Virus record (IMG/VR): IMGVR_UViG_3300028393_000021
Origin: a virus
Direction: 5' to 3' (one strand)
Length of the DNA: 64,000 bases
The position numbers were made by a program, and so were the translations under genes. Of the stretch, positions 37,766 to 45,429 are shown piece by piece (position 1 is the stretch's first letter; every line of letters begins with the position of its first letter). The notes below the pieces were generated by a model. It was given only the letters and a program-made list of their open reading frames with translations, searched no databases and was not told the DNA's origin.

Positions 37766-38041
37766 ATGCAAACTTTAAACATCAACAAGGGTACTAAAAC
37801 CCACAAGTTATTTACAGCCCTCAAAGAGGGTGACAAGGTAACTGCTAGTCAGGCTGAAAAGCGTTTTGGTATCAAGAACGTGTCCGCTGAAGTTAGTCGC
37901 ATTCGTCAAGCAGGTTTTGCTGTGTATCGTAAGAACCGCGTGGCCGGTAATCATACTCATGTGGTCGAGTATGTGATGGGCACACCGTCACGTGAGATCG
38001 TTGCCGCTGGCTATCGTGCTATGCAACTTGGTCTAGTCTAA
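37766..38041 (+). CDS. Winged-helix/HTH DNA-binding protein
   Basis: 'VTASQAEKRFGIKNVSAEVSRIRQAGFAVY'. Confidence 0.65.
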   Translation: MQTLNINKGTKTHKLFTALKEGDKVTASQAEKRFGIKNVSAEVSRIRQAGFAVYRKNRVAGNHTHVVEYVMGTPSREIVAAGYRAMQLGLV

Positions 38042-38043
38042 AA

Positions 38044-38140
38044 GTTGCTCCGAAGTCCTGTAGAAATACAGGCATTAAGCCCGGAGGGTAGTGTCTCCGG
38101 CAACCCCCGAAAGCCCTGCTCGTGAGAGTCGGGCTTTCTC
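38044..38140 (+). terminator. Multi-hairpin 3' element ending in a terminator-like stem
   Basis: cctgta-GAAA-tacagg, ccggag-8-ctccgg, and gaaagccc...gtga...gggctttc. Confidence 0.6.
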
Positions 38141-38236
38141 CTATTTGCCTTTCCATTTACTAGCTGCCTTCATCCGTTCGGTTGACAGATAAATACTTCG
38201 ACGTTATAATTAAGACTCGAACAAGGAGATCAAGCT

Positions 38237-38581
38237 ATGAAAAAGATTCTTATCGCCCTAGCACTCGGTGCTACCCTAGTCAGCAGTGCCCAAGCACAAT
38301 GGGATCGACATCACGGACACCACGGCGGCTATCGCGCCCAAAGTGGAGGCAATTGGATTGCACCCTTGATCATCGGTGGCATTGCTGGTGCAGTGATTGC
38401 CCGTGAGTCGGCTCCTGTGATTGTTCAACCTCAATCGGTCTATGTCCAACCTCAAGTGATTGCTCAACAACCACAAGGCTTCGTTCAATGCCCTCCAGGA
38501 ACTATGCCCTTTGAACAGCGTGGATGGGTTCGCAATCCGTGGGGTCAATGGATCCAATCTTCTTATATCGAATGTAAATAA
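38237..38581 (+). CDS. Secreted or membrane protein with glycine-zipper and PxxV-like repeats
   Basis: Signal peptide; 'WIAPLIIGGIAGAVIA', 'PVIVQPQSVYVQPQ'. Confidence 0.7.
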   Translation: MKKILIALALGATLVSSAQAQWDRHHGHHGGYRAQSGGNWIAPLIIGGIAGAVIARESAPVIVQPQSVYVQPQVIAQQPQGFVQCPPGTMPFEQRGWVRNPWGQWIQSSYIECK

Positions 38582-38645
38582 CCCTATTGGTTGACAGGTT
38601 TCTATTTTGGTGTTATAATACATACATAGACAACAAGGAGCTGAC

Positions 38646-38867
38646 ATGGGATATAAGGTTATTGCTGGCAAGGACGAGATGGACATGATGCGTCAGAAAT
38701 ACGGTCCACGTAAGGGACTCGAAGGTCCGTTTAACTTCTCAGGCAGAGTGTTGTATTATGACAACATAGAGGGTGCCTACTACGATCCAACCACTGACTT
38801 CTACGTGGAGCAGAGTGAGATGGACCTGATCAACAACCGATTGATGGAGATACTGGCCCGTGCCTAA
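38646..38867 (+). CDS. Hypothetical early protein
   Basis: Promoter plus AAGGAG. Confidence 0.75.
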   Translation: MGYKVIAGKDEMDMMRQKYGPRKGLEGPFNFSGRVLYYDNIEGAYYDPTTDFYVEQSEMDLINNRLMEILARA

Positions 38868-39057
38868 CATCAGAATCCATCCAGACTTGAATCCCCTAGA
38901 GGTCATCCTGGTAGAGGATCATATGAGCAAGGTTGCTCCTTTGGTTAATGTCTACACTATGACCAAGGGCAACGATTGCATCTGGGTCTTCTACGACCAC
39001 TTCAATCTCTACTATACTTTCAAAGACGGCAAGATACATGACATCCAAATTGATTAG
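38860..39057 (+). CDS. Hypothetical protein
   Basis: GTG start overlapping the previous gene; GGAG ribosome-binding site. Confidence 0.6.
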   Translation: MPNIRIHPDLNPLEVILVEDHMSKVAPLVNVYTMTKGNDCIWVFYDHFNLYYTFKDGKIHDIQID

Positions 39058-39246
39058 TGTTTACCAAGAGACCACAGACTTCACAGACGGCCAAAACGGC
39101 AACCATATCTACATCTTCAAAGAACGTATGTAGGTCGTAGTGCCACAGCAATCGCCTACATCCCACGTGGTCAAACTAAAGTACACAGATTTAAGACACC
39201 TATGAAACTGGACCTTAAAGGAAGGACATTCGAGGAAATCACTTGA
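39050..39246 (+). pseudogene. Frameshifted small ORF (or sequencing error)
   Basis: TTG-ISVYQETTDF...NHIYIFKERM-stop; the shifted frame continues VGRSATAIAYIPRG...KLDLKGRTFEEIT-TGA. Confidence 0.45.
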
Positions 39247-39298
39247 CAAAGAGGTAAAACCTTGCTATAATACATACATAGACACTAAGGAGCACTAA

Positions 39299-39676
39299 AT
39301 GAGCGATTTCAAAAGCTGGGAAGAGATGAGCGTATTAGAGCAATATGGTTGCCAGTACTGGGATATGTACAAGGATGCCTACGGTGTTCGTCCACGCGGT
39401 ATCGATACTTCCACTTGGACCGAGGCGGACTTTGAAGCCTCATTCGCTGATCTGGCAAAGATGATCAATCATGAAGCAGTCCTGCGTGAGGAACGTGAAG
39501 CAACGGCCATTAAGGCGTTTGAAGACCGTGTGCAGATCCTATTAGGTATGGGTGCAGATGATCGTGCTATGGCCCTGCGTTGGATACATGAGGCAGAAGA
39601 GACTAGCGGGGACGACGAGTACCTCTGCTACACTTTGGGCTTGCCATATCGTTACTTTGTCAAGGAGACAGTATGA
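39299..39676 (+). CDS. Hypothetical early protein
   Basis: Promoter plus AAGGAG; 'YWDMYKDAYGVRPR'. Confidence 0.8.
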   Translation: MSDFKSWEEMSVLEQYGCQYWDMYKDAYGVRPRGIDTSTWTEADFEASFADLAKMINHEAVLREEREATAIKAFEDRVQILLGMGADDRAMALRWIHEAEETSGDDEYLCYTLGLPYRYFVKETV

Positions 39677-39831
39677 GTGCATGGGAGTTCGCAGAGTTCC
39701 GCATTGGACGACTGTTCCACTGCAATGGCAACGACTATATCAAACAATCAACTCGCACCGCAAGGATGCTGAGCAACGGCCGGGTCTTCTACTTTGGCCG
39801 CAAAGAGATCATTTACCCAATTGCCTATTAA
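39673..39831 (+). CDS. 52-aa hypothetical protein
   Basis: Not in the ORF track; AAGGAG plus ATGA coupling, MSAWEFAEFRIG... Confidence 0.65.
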   Translation: MSAWEFAEFRIGRLFHCNGNDYIKQSTRTARMLSNGRVFYFGRKEIIYPIAY

Positions 39832-39894
39832 CCCTAATGGTTGACAGGGTATCAAAATCCTGTTATAATACATACATCGCAACAAGGAGCAGAG

Positions 39895-40125
39895 ATGATC
39901 AAAGAAGCAATCTACACTAGATTCTACGATGAACGACACGGTGGACCATACGATCGCGGTCAAGCCGACAGCTGGTATGGACGTGAATACAATCCCCACT
40001 ACTTCGTTGGTGACAGCTATTCCAGCCCACGCATCGAGTTGGCACAGATGACACCCGATGAGATCGTGGCCTATACCGCAGGCTACACTGACAACGAATC
40101 CAACGGCCTTCACAAGGAGTATTGA
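39895..40125 (+). CDS. Hypothetical early protein
   Basis: Start re-assigned to ATG 39895; 'HGGPYDRGQADSWYGR'. Confidence 0.75.
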   Translation: MIKEAIYTRFYDERHGGPYDRGQADSWYGREYNPHYFVGDSYSSPRIELAQMTPDEIVAYTAGYTDNESNGLHKEY

Positions 40126-40126
40126 T

Positions 40127-40222
40127 ATGACCGCACTGATTAACCTTGCACTGGTAATGATCCTTCCACTGACGGCCTTGGGTTTGGCCATTGTCCTTGC
40201 ACCCTACTTAGGAGTTGAATAA
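40127..40222 (+). CDS. 31-aa membrane peptide
   Basis: Not in the ORF track; AAGGAG, MTALINLALVMILPLTALGLAIVLAPYLGVE. Confidence 0.55.
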   Translation: MTALINLALVMILPLTALGLAIVLAPYLGVE

Positions 40223-40431
40223 TGAACGATAACGATAAGAACAACCTCTTGTTCCTGATGACTTTGGATCCGAAATCCCTCAAGGCTTGGTACATCCAAT
40301 CGGACGAGGATGACCGCCTGTATGCTGAAGAACTCATGGCGCAGGCACATCTAATCGCAATCGACGCCCGTGTGGCACAGATGCAACAGTTCAAAGAAGC
40401 CAAAAAAGTTCTTGCTCAATTCGCACTTTGA
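40222..40431 (+). CDS. Hypothetical protein
   Basis: AGGAG ribosome-binding site. Confidence 0.7.
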   Translation: MNDNDKNNLLFLMTLDPKSLKAWYIQSDEDDRLYAEELMAQAHLIAIDARVAQMQQFKEAKKVLAQFAL

Positions 40432-40466
40432 TCGTATAATACATATATCGCAACAAGGAGCACTAC

Positions 40467-40844
40467 ATGGCCAAGACACTTAAAGACATTGACAGCAACA
40501 AACTGGGCGACTACCTAGAGGACTACTGCAACGAGAGCTTGAACAAGAAGCTCCGCAAGTTCCTAGTTCTAGATAGCCCTAGCAACATAGAAGACATCCT
40601 GGACAAGGCCGACATAACAGAGGTTGAAGACATAGACGTCCGAGTGGGCATTGCTGTGGCAGAAGCTACCTTGTTGGAAGTTAACCGGGCGCTCAAAGCA
40701 CAGGGCATCGACTTCGAGTTCCGCCGCTTCGATATGGCAGAATACGATACCTATATGTTAGTGAACACTAAGGAAAACCTTAAGGCCACGGCAGAACGAG
40801 TGCGGGGCACTCGACGCATGTACGGGCAAGCGGCACCTTTCTAA
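40467..40844 (+). CDS. Hypothetical early protein
   Basis: Promoter plus AAGGAG. Confidence 0.75.
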   Translation: MAKTLKDIDSNKLGDYLEDYCNESLNKKLRKFLVLDSPSNIEDILDKADITEVEDIDVRVGIAVAEATLLEVNRALKAQGIDFEFRRFDMAEYDTYMLVNTKENLKATAERVRGTRRMYGQAAPF

Positions 40845-40911
40845 AGACCCTACTAGTTGACAGGGCTTTGAAAAGACGTTATAATACATACTTAAACAAC
40901 AAAGGAACACA

Positions 40912-41043
40912 ATGACTACAGTACCTAAACCAATCCCATCCAGCACCGGCGGCGTTATTACCTACACCCCGACCGGACTGATCCACTCCGCAGGCAAAGC
41001 CTACTCAGGTAAGATTGCCCAACAAGAAGCCAAAGGCAAGTGA
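40912..41043 (+). CDS. 43-aa hypothetical protein
   Basis: Not in the ORF track; promoter at 40857 plus AAAGGA, MTTVPKPIPSST... Confidence 0.6.
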   Translation: MTTVPKPIPSSTGGVITYTPTGLIHSAGKAYSGKIAQQEAKGK

Positions 41044-41249
41044 TGGACAAATTCATTACAGCCATCGGAGCCACAGTGGTCGTCGTAGGTGGCTTGATCC
41101 TACTGAGCCTGGTCCTGTCACTGCCTGTGATGTGGCTGTGGGACTGGCTGATGCCTACGATCTTCGGACTCAAAGAGATCACCCTGTTACAGGCATGGGG
41201 TTTGAACTGCCTGTGTAGCCTGTTGTTTAAAAACCACATCAGCAAATAA
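41040..41249 (+). CDS. Small membrane protein
   Basis: Two hydrophobic segments; 'WLWDWLMPTIFGLKEIT..QAWGL'. Confidence 0.7.
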   Translation: MMDKFITAIGATVVVVGGLILLSLVLSLPVMWLWDWLMPTIFGLKEITLLQAWGLNCLCSLLFKNHISK

Positions 41250-41307
41250 CTGTTGACAAACCGGTAAAACCTTGTTATAATACAAGCATAGCAACAAAGG
41301 AAACACT

Positions 41308-41493
41308 ATGAAAAACCCAATTGGCAAGTTCAACATGTTCGCAACTCCAGACAGTGTGGATGCACTCTGCGCTCGTATTGAGCAACTGAGCGGTGCCGAG
41401 CGTACTATTGCATATACATACGCCGCAATGATGATGAATCTTTGTTCGGAAATGGTCAACAAAGAGATGCAAAAAGACTTGACAGAAGTTTGA
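41308..41493 (+). CDS. Hypothetical early protein
   Basis: Promoter plus AAAGGA. Confidence 0.75.
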   Translation: MKNPIGKFNMFATPDSVDALCARIEQLSGAERTIAYTYAAMMMNLCSEMVNKEMQKDLTEV

Positions 41494-41537
41494 AACAGTG
41501 TTATAATACATACATGTTAAACAAAAAGGAAACTAAG

Positions 41538-41885
41538 ATGGAACTCACAGCACAACAAGTCCAAACTATCGTTAACGATGCAATGACTTCAGCCGCAGAA
41601 GCCGCCAAGCGTGAACTGGCCAAATACGGCGATCGCGATTGCTGTGGCTTTGCTTGGGTTAACGTATACGACTTTAAAGGCACTAAGATCCGTGCTAACT
41701 CAAAGTTGGGCAAGGCATTGATTGCCGCCGGTGTACGCAAAGACTACTCAGGAGCATACTGCCTGTGGAATCCCAGCAAGGCCGGTACACAGAGCATGGG
41801 CATCCTGGAAGCAGGGGCATATGCGGCCGCTGAGGTATTCAAAGCCGCTGGCTTCACAGCCTACGCTGGCTCGCGCATGGACTAA
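41538..41885 (+). CDS. Conserved phage hypothetical protein
   Basis: Start re-assigned to ATG 41538; 'CGFAWV'. Confidence 0.75.
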   Translation: MELTAQQVQTIVNDAMTSAAEAAKRELAKYGDRDCCGFAWVNVYDFKGTKIRANSKLGKALIAAGVRKDYSGAYCLWNPSKAGTQSMGILEAGAYAAAEVFKAAGFTAYAGSRMD

Positions 41886-41952
41886 TTAGAGATAGACAGG
41901 ACTTAGGTCCTGTGCTATAATACACTTTTAACACACACTAGGAACACACACT

Positions 41953-42822
41953 ATGGCTACAGCAAAGAAAGCATCCACCAAAGCCTCCACAGTACTGGAG
42001 TTTGACACAGCCGCTATCCTACGCAATGAACAGGCAGTGGCACAAGAAACAGATCAAGAGATCTTGGCCCGACTAGGCGAACGCTTTGAAATCTTGGACC
42101 AAATGACTAAGGCAGTTAAACAAGGCGATATTAGAGCTATGATCGTATCAGGACCTCCTGGTGTTGGCAAATCCTTTGGTGTTGAGAAAGTTCTGCAAAA
42201 AGCCGAACTGTTCAATACGCTAGCAGAGAAGAAACCTAAGTTTGAGATTGTTAAAGGCGCTATGAGTGCCTTGGGACTCTATGCTAAACTCTATGAGTTC
42301 AGCGGCGAAGGCAACGTTGTGGTGTTTGACGACTGTGACTCAATCCTTATGGAAGACTTGAGCTTGAACATCTTGAAAGGTGCATTGGACAGCTCCACTC
42401 GACGCTTTATTGCTTGGAACACTGACAGTCGACTACTCCGTAGTGAAGGCATTCCAGATCGCTTTGAGTTTAAAGGTGCTGCTATCTTTATTACTAACAT
42501 CAAATTCGAACACGTTAAGAGCAAGCGACTTAGAGATCACTTGGACGCATTGGAAAGCCGTTGCCACTACATTGATCTGCAAATGGATACGAATCGTGAG
42601 AAACTACTCCGTATCCGACAGGTGGTTGAACAGGGCAAGATGCTGGAACGCTTTGACTTTGAACAACTGCAAAAGGACGAACTCATTGAGTTTGTAGAGG
42701 CTAATCAACTTAAATTACGTGAACTGAGCTTGCGTATGGTACTTAAACTTGCAGACCTACGCAAAGGCTTCCCTAATAATTGGCAAGCTATGGCCAAGAC
42801 TACATGTATGAAAAGAATATGA
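41953..42822 (+). CDS. P-loop (AAA-like) ATPase
   Basis: Walker A 'GPPGVGKS', Walker B 'VVVFDDCD', 'FITN', 'ALESR'. Confidence 0.88.
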   Translation: MATAKKASTKASTVLEFDTAAILRNEQAVAQETDQEILARLGERFEILDQMTKAVKQGDIRAMIVSGPPGVGKSFGVEKVLQKAELFNTLAEKKPKFEIVKGAMSALGLYAKLYEFSGEGNVVVFDDCDSILMEDLSLNILKGALDSSTRRFIAWNTDSRLLRSEGIPDRFEFKGAAIFITNIKFEHVKSKRLRDHLDALESRCHYIDLQMDTNREKLLRIRQVVEQGKMLERFDFEQLQKDELIEFVEANQLKLRELSLRMVLKLADLRKGFPNNWQAMAKTTCMKRI

Positions 42823-43055
42823 ACTGGGAACGCCTAGCAGTATATGCAACCCTAGGTGTCCTATTGGATACTCTAGAGCAGGGTGTCAGCACATGGGGCT
42901 TCTGGTGTATGTTGGCCTTGTTTGTACTCAGCGATTACCTAGGCCGTAAGGCTGGATACGAAGACGGTGTGGTGCATGGTATGATTACCTACATCAACGC
43001 CAATGAACAACAACGCCAAGACTTAGATAAGATAGTAAAAGAACACAATGACTAA
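42819..43055 (+). CDS. Small membrane protein
   Basis: ATGA coupling; hydrophobic. Confidence 0.6.
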   Translation: MNWERLAVYATLGVLLDTLEQGVSTWGFWCMLALFVLSDYLGRKAGYEDGVVHGMITYINANEQQRQDLDKIVKEHND

Positions 43056-43323
43056 TACCTCAGCCGCTACCACATGTACTTACTTGGGCTCAAGCCTTAT
43101 ACCCTGCGGTTGCCCCACAGTCTACAGCAAGAGCTACTGTATAGAGCATGTAGGCCTAGTGTATAAGATAGGCTCTGCACGAGCACGCCGTGTTAAGGAC
43201 ATTAAGGTGGCTGCTGCCGTGTGGGACTTAGAATCAGAGTTCAACGCCGCTGTAGAAGAACTGATACTGGAAGGCTACGACTTTGCTGAACCCACTTGGG
43301 ACTGTGAGGTAGAGGAGGCCTGA
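43048..43323 (+). CDS. Hypothetical Cys/His protein
   Basis: 'CTY...CGC...SYCIEH'. Confidence 0.65.
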   Translation: MTNTSAATTCTYLGSSLIPCGCPTVYSKSYCIEHVGLVYKIGSARARRVKDIKVAAAVWDLESEFNAAVEELILEGYDFAEPTWDCEVEEA

Positions 43324-43526
43324 GGGGGGTGGCCGGCCATGGTCAGGCATGGTCGGGGGGCTAGTAAACAATTTGCTTGCCCCTTAACTGCTAGCTAGCT
43401 TGCCTAAAATTCCCATTAATTTTAAGGTCGACCTAGACTAGATCACCAGGGGCCGAGATCTCTGGACCTATTAAAAATTGCGCTACAATTTTTTTAGGGT
43501 TGTATATAGATTTCTGGGCACTCGCA

Positions 43527-43552
43527 AAAAAACCCGCCTCAGCGGGTTTGTT
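43527..43552. terminator. Intrinsic terminator
   Basis: aaacccgc-ctca-gcgggttt with an A-run on the left, terminating minus-strand transcription. Confidence 0.75.
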
Positions 43553-43566
43553 CTATCTAATTTTGA

Positions 43567-44127
43567 TTAGAAATTAAACGCTAGTCCCAGACCAAATGCA
43601 TTTTCTTTAATGTCTTGGTAACTCTTGCTTGCGTTCAAGTTAACTGTAACACCTTTAGCAACTGGAATACTATATGTAGCAAAACCAACTGTTTGTTTAG
43701 TGTCAACTTTTTCTGTGCTACTCACTCGAGTCTTGATCCCTACTAGGGCAAAACCTGGACCAACTTTGGCACCAGTTGTGGCACCAATTAGTCCGTAGTT
43801 ATAGCCGGTTTTAGCTGCACCGTTAAGTCCGTTGTCGTGACCAACGCCCACAAATGGAGTAACCCCTGCAAAGTTGATTTTATTGTTAGCCATTGTAGCT
43901 TCAAAGCTGTTTAACAGGCCGCCGCCGTTGATTGTAGCAGTACGGCTTTGTACGCCCAATTGATAGTCTCCAAATCCTTTACCGGCACGGATGTATTGCG
44001 CGATACTATCTTTAGCGCCTTTTACGCCGCTAGTATTGTTAACAGTGTCAATATCAACAGACATGTAGTCTGCGGCAAACGCAGTACCGAAAGTGGCAAG
44101 GGTTAAGATTGCTAAAATTTTCTTCAT
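43567..44127 (-). CDS. Outer-membrane beta-barrel protein
   Basis: Signal peptide MKKILAILTLATFGTAFA; alternating beta strands; terminal 'GLGLAFNF'. Confidence 0.8.
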   Translation of the reverse strand: MKKILAILTLATFGTAFAADYMSVDIDTVNNTSGVKGAKDSIAQYIRAGKGFGDYQLGVQSRTATINGGGLLNSFEATMANNKINFAGVTPFVGVGHDNGLNGAAKTGYNYGLIGATTGAKVGPGFALVGIKTRVSSTEKVDTKQTVGFATYSIPVAKGVTVNLNASKSYQDIKENAFGLGLAFNF

Positions 44128-44201
44128 TTTTTAATTTCCTTTAAAGTTAATGACTTTTGTGTCATTGTACTAGTATATATGCCTATTACACAGAGGTCAA
44201 T

Positions 44202-44228
44202 AAAAAAGGCAACCTAAGCCGCCTTTTT
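44202..44228. terminator. Intrinsic terminator downstream of the tmRNA
   Basis: aaaaaaggc-aacctaagcc-gccttttt. Confidence 0.75.
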
Positions 44229-44234
44229 GGTTGT

Positions 44235-44545
44235 TTTGGTAATAAGGTAAGTCCTACCTCAGGGATCAGTGCTTACGCAGCAATCGCCCAAACTGAATCG
44301 TTTGCATTTAGGTTTTTTGTGTCTACGACCGGGTTACCCCAATCCTAACGGCTTCTACATTGCCGGACTGTCCATTTCATTACTCTTGACCCAATCGATC
44401 CTGTGTCAGGCCCATCATAAACATACTTCATGGATGAACCCACGTGTCACCTTGCGGTTAGAGTATGTTTATGGTGGACCTGGCGGGCACTGCCCCCGCG
44501 TCTTGAATCCTTTTCAATCTACTTCATACAGTCTTAACTCTTACT
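44235..44545 (-). ncRNA. ssrA: Circularly permuted (two-piece) tmRNA; tag (A)NDSVWAIAA
   Basis: Acceptor piece ends ...GCGGGGGCAGTGCCCGC-CAGGTCC-A-CCA at 44472. Coding piece starts GGGCCTG at 44413, giving a 7-bp stem with G3:U70. Resume codon GCA at 44305 after TAAAT; stop TAA at 44273-75. Outer boundaries are approximate. Confidence 0.92.
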
Positions 44546-44547
44546 TA

Positions 44548-44706
44548 TCACGAAGATTTTAATTTTGTAATAATATTATACACTTCGGAATAAGCATTGG
44601 TAATTTCATCCATTTGTTGTTCTGACAGTGAAGGATTTTCTTCAAGGTGAACCAGATCTTTGGCTAGATTTTTCTGTAGTTCTTCAAGTGGGTCCGGAGG
44701 GAGCAT
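44548..44706 (-). CDS. 52-aa acidic hypothetical protein
   Basis: Not in the ORF track; MLPPDPLEELQKNLAKDL... Confidence 0.45.
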   Translation of the reverse strand: MLPPDPLEELQKNLAKDLVHLEENPSLSEQQMDEITNAYSEVYNIITKLKSS

Positions 44707-44760
44707 ATAAAAATCTTTTTTACGCAGGTCGCTACGCTCTTCTATATGTGGTTTCGGAAC

Positions 44761-44865
44761 TTACTTCTTCTTTTTAACAGCTCGTTTAGCCATAGCATTC
44801 AAGCTGCGTGGTTTAGGTGGTTTCTTACCTTTGAGGATTTGGCTAACTCTACGTGGGCTGGGCAT
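44761..44865 (-). CDS. 34-aa highly basic peptide (MPSPRRVSQILKGKKPPKPRSLNAMAKRAVKKKK)
   Basis: Not in the ORF track; AGGAG 6 nt upstream of the ATG. Confidence 0.65.
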   Translation of the reverse strand: MPSPRRVSQILKGKKPPKPRSLNAMAKRAVKKKK

Positions 44866-44895
44866 ATTTGACTCCTAGTTAAAAGCTATATATAT

Positions 44896-45102
44896 TTATG
44901 ATTTAAGTTGAGTCAGCACTTCGGTAATGGATTCACTAACTTCCCAAGTTCCGTGGGGTGGACAAAATATAAAAGTCACTGCATCTAAAGAACCATCTTC
45001 TCTAGGAACTGTGGCATTATGCATAGTGACTATTAGATCTTTACGGATGCAAATTGTGTTACCTTTGTGTGCCAGGTTAGCGTTGGTTAATTTTAAGTAC
45101 AT
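44896..45102 (-). CDS. Hypothetical protein
   Basis: ORF track; 'VTFIFCPPHGTWEVSES'. Confidence 0.7.
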   Translation of the reverse strand: MYLKLTNANLAHKGNTICIRKDLIVTMHNATVPREDGSLDAVTFIFCPPHGTWEVSESITEVLTQLKS

Positions 45103-45224
45103 GAGTAATTATAACTTGGGTTAAGAAATTAATCTATATGTTTGACAAATAAATTTTCCAGCAATCTAAAATTTAGCAACATTAGACATAAGTATGTGTA
45201 TAATATAAAGATGCCATTAACCCA

Positions 45225-45377
45225 ATGTTAATTTACATTCTAGTGTATTCGGAAGAATATTGTAATGAATTTGATGTACTAGAGTGTGCTCGTATATATC
45301 AAAAAGCCTATGGTGGAAAAATATATTCGGTTGAGTTACCAAATAACTCCAAACGCTCCAGGAAGAAAACAACATAG
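45225..45377 (+). CDS. Possible 50-aa ORF
   Basis: Fills an intergenic gap after TATAAT; no clear ribosome-binding site. Confidence 0.3.
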   Translation: MLIYILVYSEEYCNEFDVLECARIYQKAYGGKIYSVELPNNSKRSRKKTT

Positions 45378-45429
45378 TTTTACCTAATTTAATAATAAAT
45401 AGTCATTATATAACACTTGGGAAATCATA

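Larger units (their letters stand above)
29658..41921 (+). promoter_or_regulatory. Array of about 28 sigma70 promoter/RBS cassettes
   Basis: -35 boxes (mostly TTGACA, 17-nt spacer, TATAAT) at 29658, 30098, 30699, 31095, 31296, 31543, 31807, 32178, 32528, 33215, 34045, 34280, 34507, 35055, 35436, 35942, 36177, 36871, 37695, 38182, 38591, 39243, 39841, 40412, 40857, 41253, 41479 and 41893. Confidence 0.92.

Noticed and set aside
29593-41921. CRISPR-like array interpretation of the recurring early-island repeats
   Set aside because: Spacing is irregular (200-900 bp), the repeats are degenerate promoter/RBS sequences, the intervals are ORFs, and no cas genes are present.
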